The position numbers were made by a program, and so were the translations under genes. The notes beneath the pieces are model-generated. The model saw nothing but the letters and a program-made list of their open reading frames with translations, did no database searches and had not been told where the DNA came from. Below, piece by piece: positions 63,306 through 64,000 of a stretch of 64,000 bases of DNA. The stretch comes from Myxococcota bacterium. GTDB taxonomy: Bacteria; Myxococcota_A; SURF-8. The stretch is from NCBI GenBank assembly GCA_963674735.2, contig CAXXQS010000002.1:2016001-2080000 (forward strand), read 5' to 3'. Positions within the stretch are counted from its first letter, which is position 1. Each line of letters opens with the position of its first letter.

Positions 63306-64000
63306 ATGCCGAACCCGACACAAACCCGGGAGTGGGTGATTTTTGCGTTGCTGCTGATCGTTGTGGTTTTGGCCGCTTGGGCCTGTGACGACGACGCTCA
63401 GTCCGATGTGGATGGAGACGGGTATTCCTGCGTGGAGGCGAGTGCCGATGCGCTGTGCTTCGTCAATGCCCCGGCAGGCACCGAAGGAACCAAATGCATG
63501 AATGGCCGCCTCTATTTCTGTCGACCCACCCAACCCGAAGCGCCCAGTTGCGTATCCGTTTGCGACTGCTCGCCCATGGAGTGCGGCGGAGGCTGCCGCG
63601 ATGTGGAGCAGGCGGGCGAAGCCGAATGCGAATTTCAATCCGATGGTGATGCACCTGTCGACGGCGACGACCCCGACGGCGATGACCCCGACGGCGACAC
63701 CCCCGACGGCGACGATCCCGACGGTGATATGGCGGACGGTGACTTCGATGATGTCCCCGACGGCGATGTGGCCGACGGCGATGGAGAGGAAGAGGAAAGC
63801 GAGAATTGTCTTTCCGCCATTGCGTTGTCCTGCGGCGACAGCCTGGCCCACAGCACCGTCACCGACGGCCGCGCCGATTACTGGCGCGCCTATTCCTGCA
63901 CCGCGCGCATGATGTCGGGGCGCGAAACGTTGTATACATTTACGAGCACCGAGGCGCGTTCGGTAAGCCTGCAACTGAGCGGGCTGTCGGTCGATCTCGA
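63306..64000 (+). CDS. Cys-rich lipoprotein with DGD tether (3' end runs off the window)
   Basis: Translated by hand: MPNPTQTREWVIFALLLIVVVLAAWAC-DDDAQSDVDGD...Cys domain...DGDAPVDGDDPDGDDPDGDTPDGDDPDGD...CLSAIALSCGD; no stop before 64000. Confidence 0.82.
   Translation, partial: MPNPTQTREWVIFALLLIVVVLAAWACDDDAQSDVDGDGYSCVEASADALCFVNAPAGTEGTKCMNGRLYFCRPTQPEAPSCVSVCDCSPMECGGGCRDVEQAGEAECEFQSDGDAPVDGDDPDGDDPDGDTPDGDDPDGDMADGDFDDVPDGDVADGDGEEEESENCLSAIALSCGDSLAHSTVTDGRADYWRAYSCTARMMSGRETLYTFTSTEARSVSLQLSGLSVDL
63642..63782 (+). repeat. Coding DGD repeat tract, 9 units
   Basis: gacggcgacgacccc-type units. Confidence 0.88.

Overview
GC-rich bacterial chromosomal window, most likely Myxococcota/deltaproteobacterial. 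This is inferred from a tandem PilZ protein, TonB-C/AgmX-like proteins, Cys-rich lipoproteins and DUF4416. It carries about 43 CDSs: housekeeping genes (trmH, thiM-thiE, rsgA, gyrB, eno, rpoZ, acnA, citrate synthase, cysE), a divergent surface-glycan locus (12.7-34.5 kb), two orphan radical SAM enzymes, a PAS hybrid kinase, and many lipoproteins sharing an acidic (P)DGD repeat tether. I saw no tRNA, rRNA, CRISPR array, transposase or phage gene. The most unusual signals are: (1) ~180-bp non-autonomous elements in which TIR/TSD-bearing MITE arms enclose a REP-like hairpin doublet; in one family an 81-bp core is identical in 3 copies while the arms have drifted, and two copies bracket a GNAT gene; (2) the DGD-tether lipoprotein family; (3) an acyl-CoA ligase / AAC(3)-like acyltransferase / penicillin-acylase combination inside the glycan locus; (4) a FolE paralog with substituted active-site residues paired with a Cys-less TrxR-like flavoprotein; (5) an apparently circularly permuted PPC domain inserted in a ceramidase. 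All family assignments are by eye; no searches were run.
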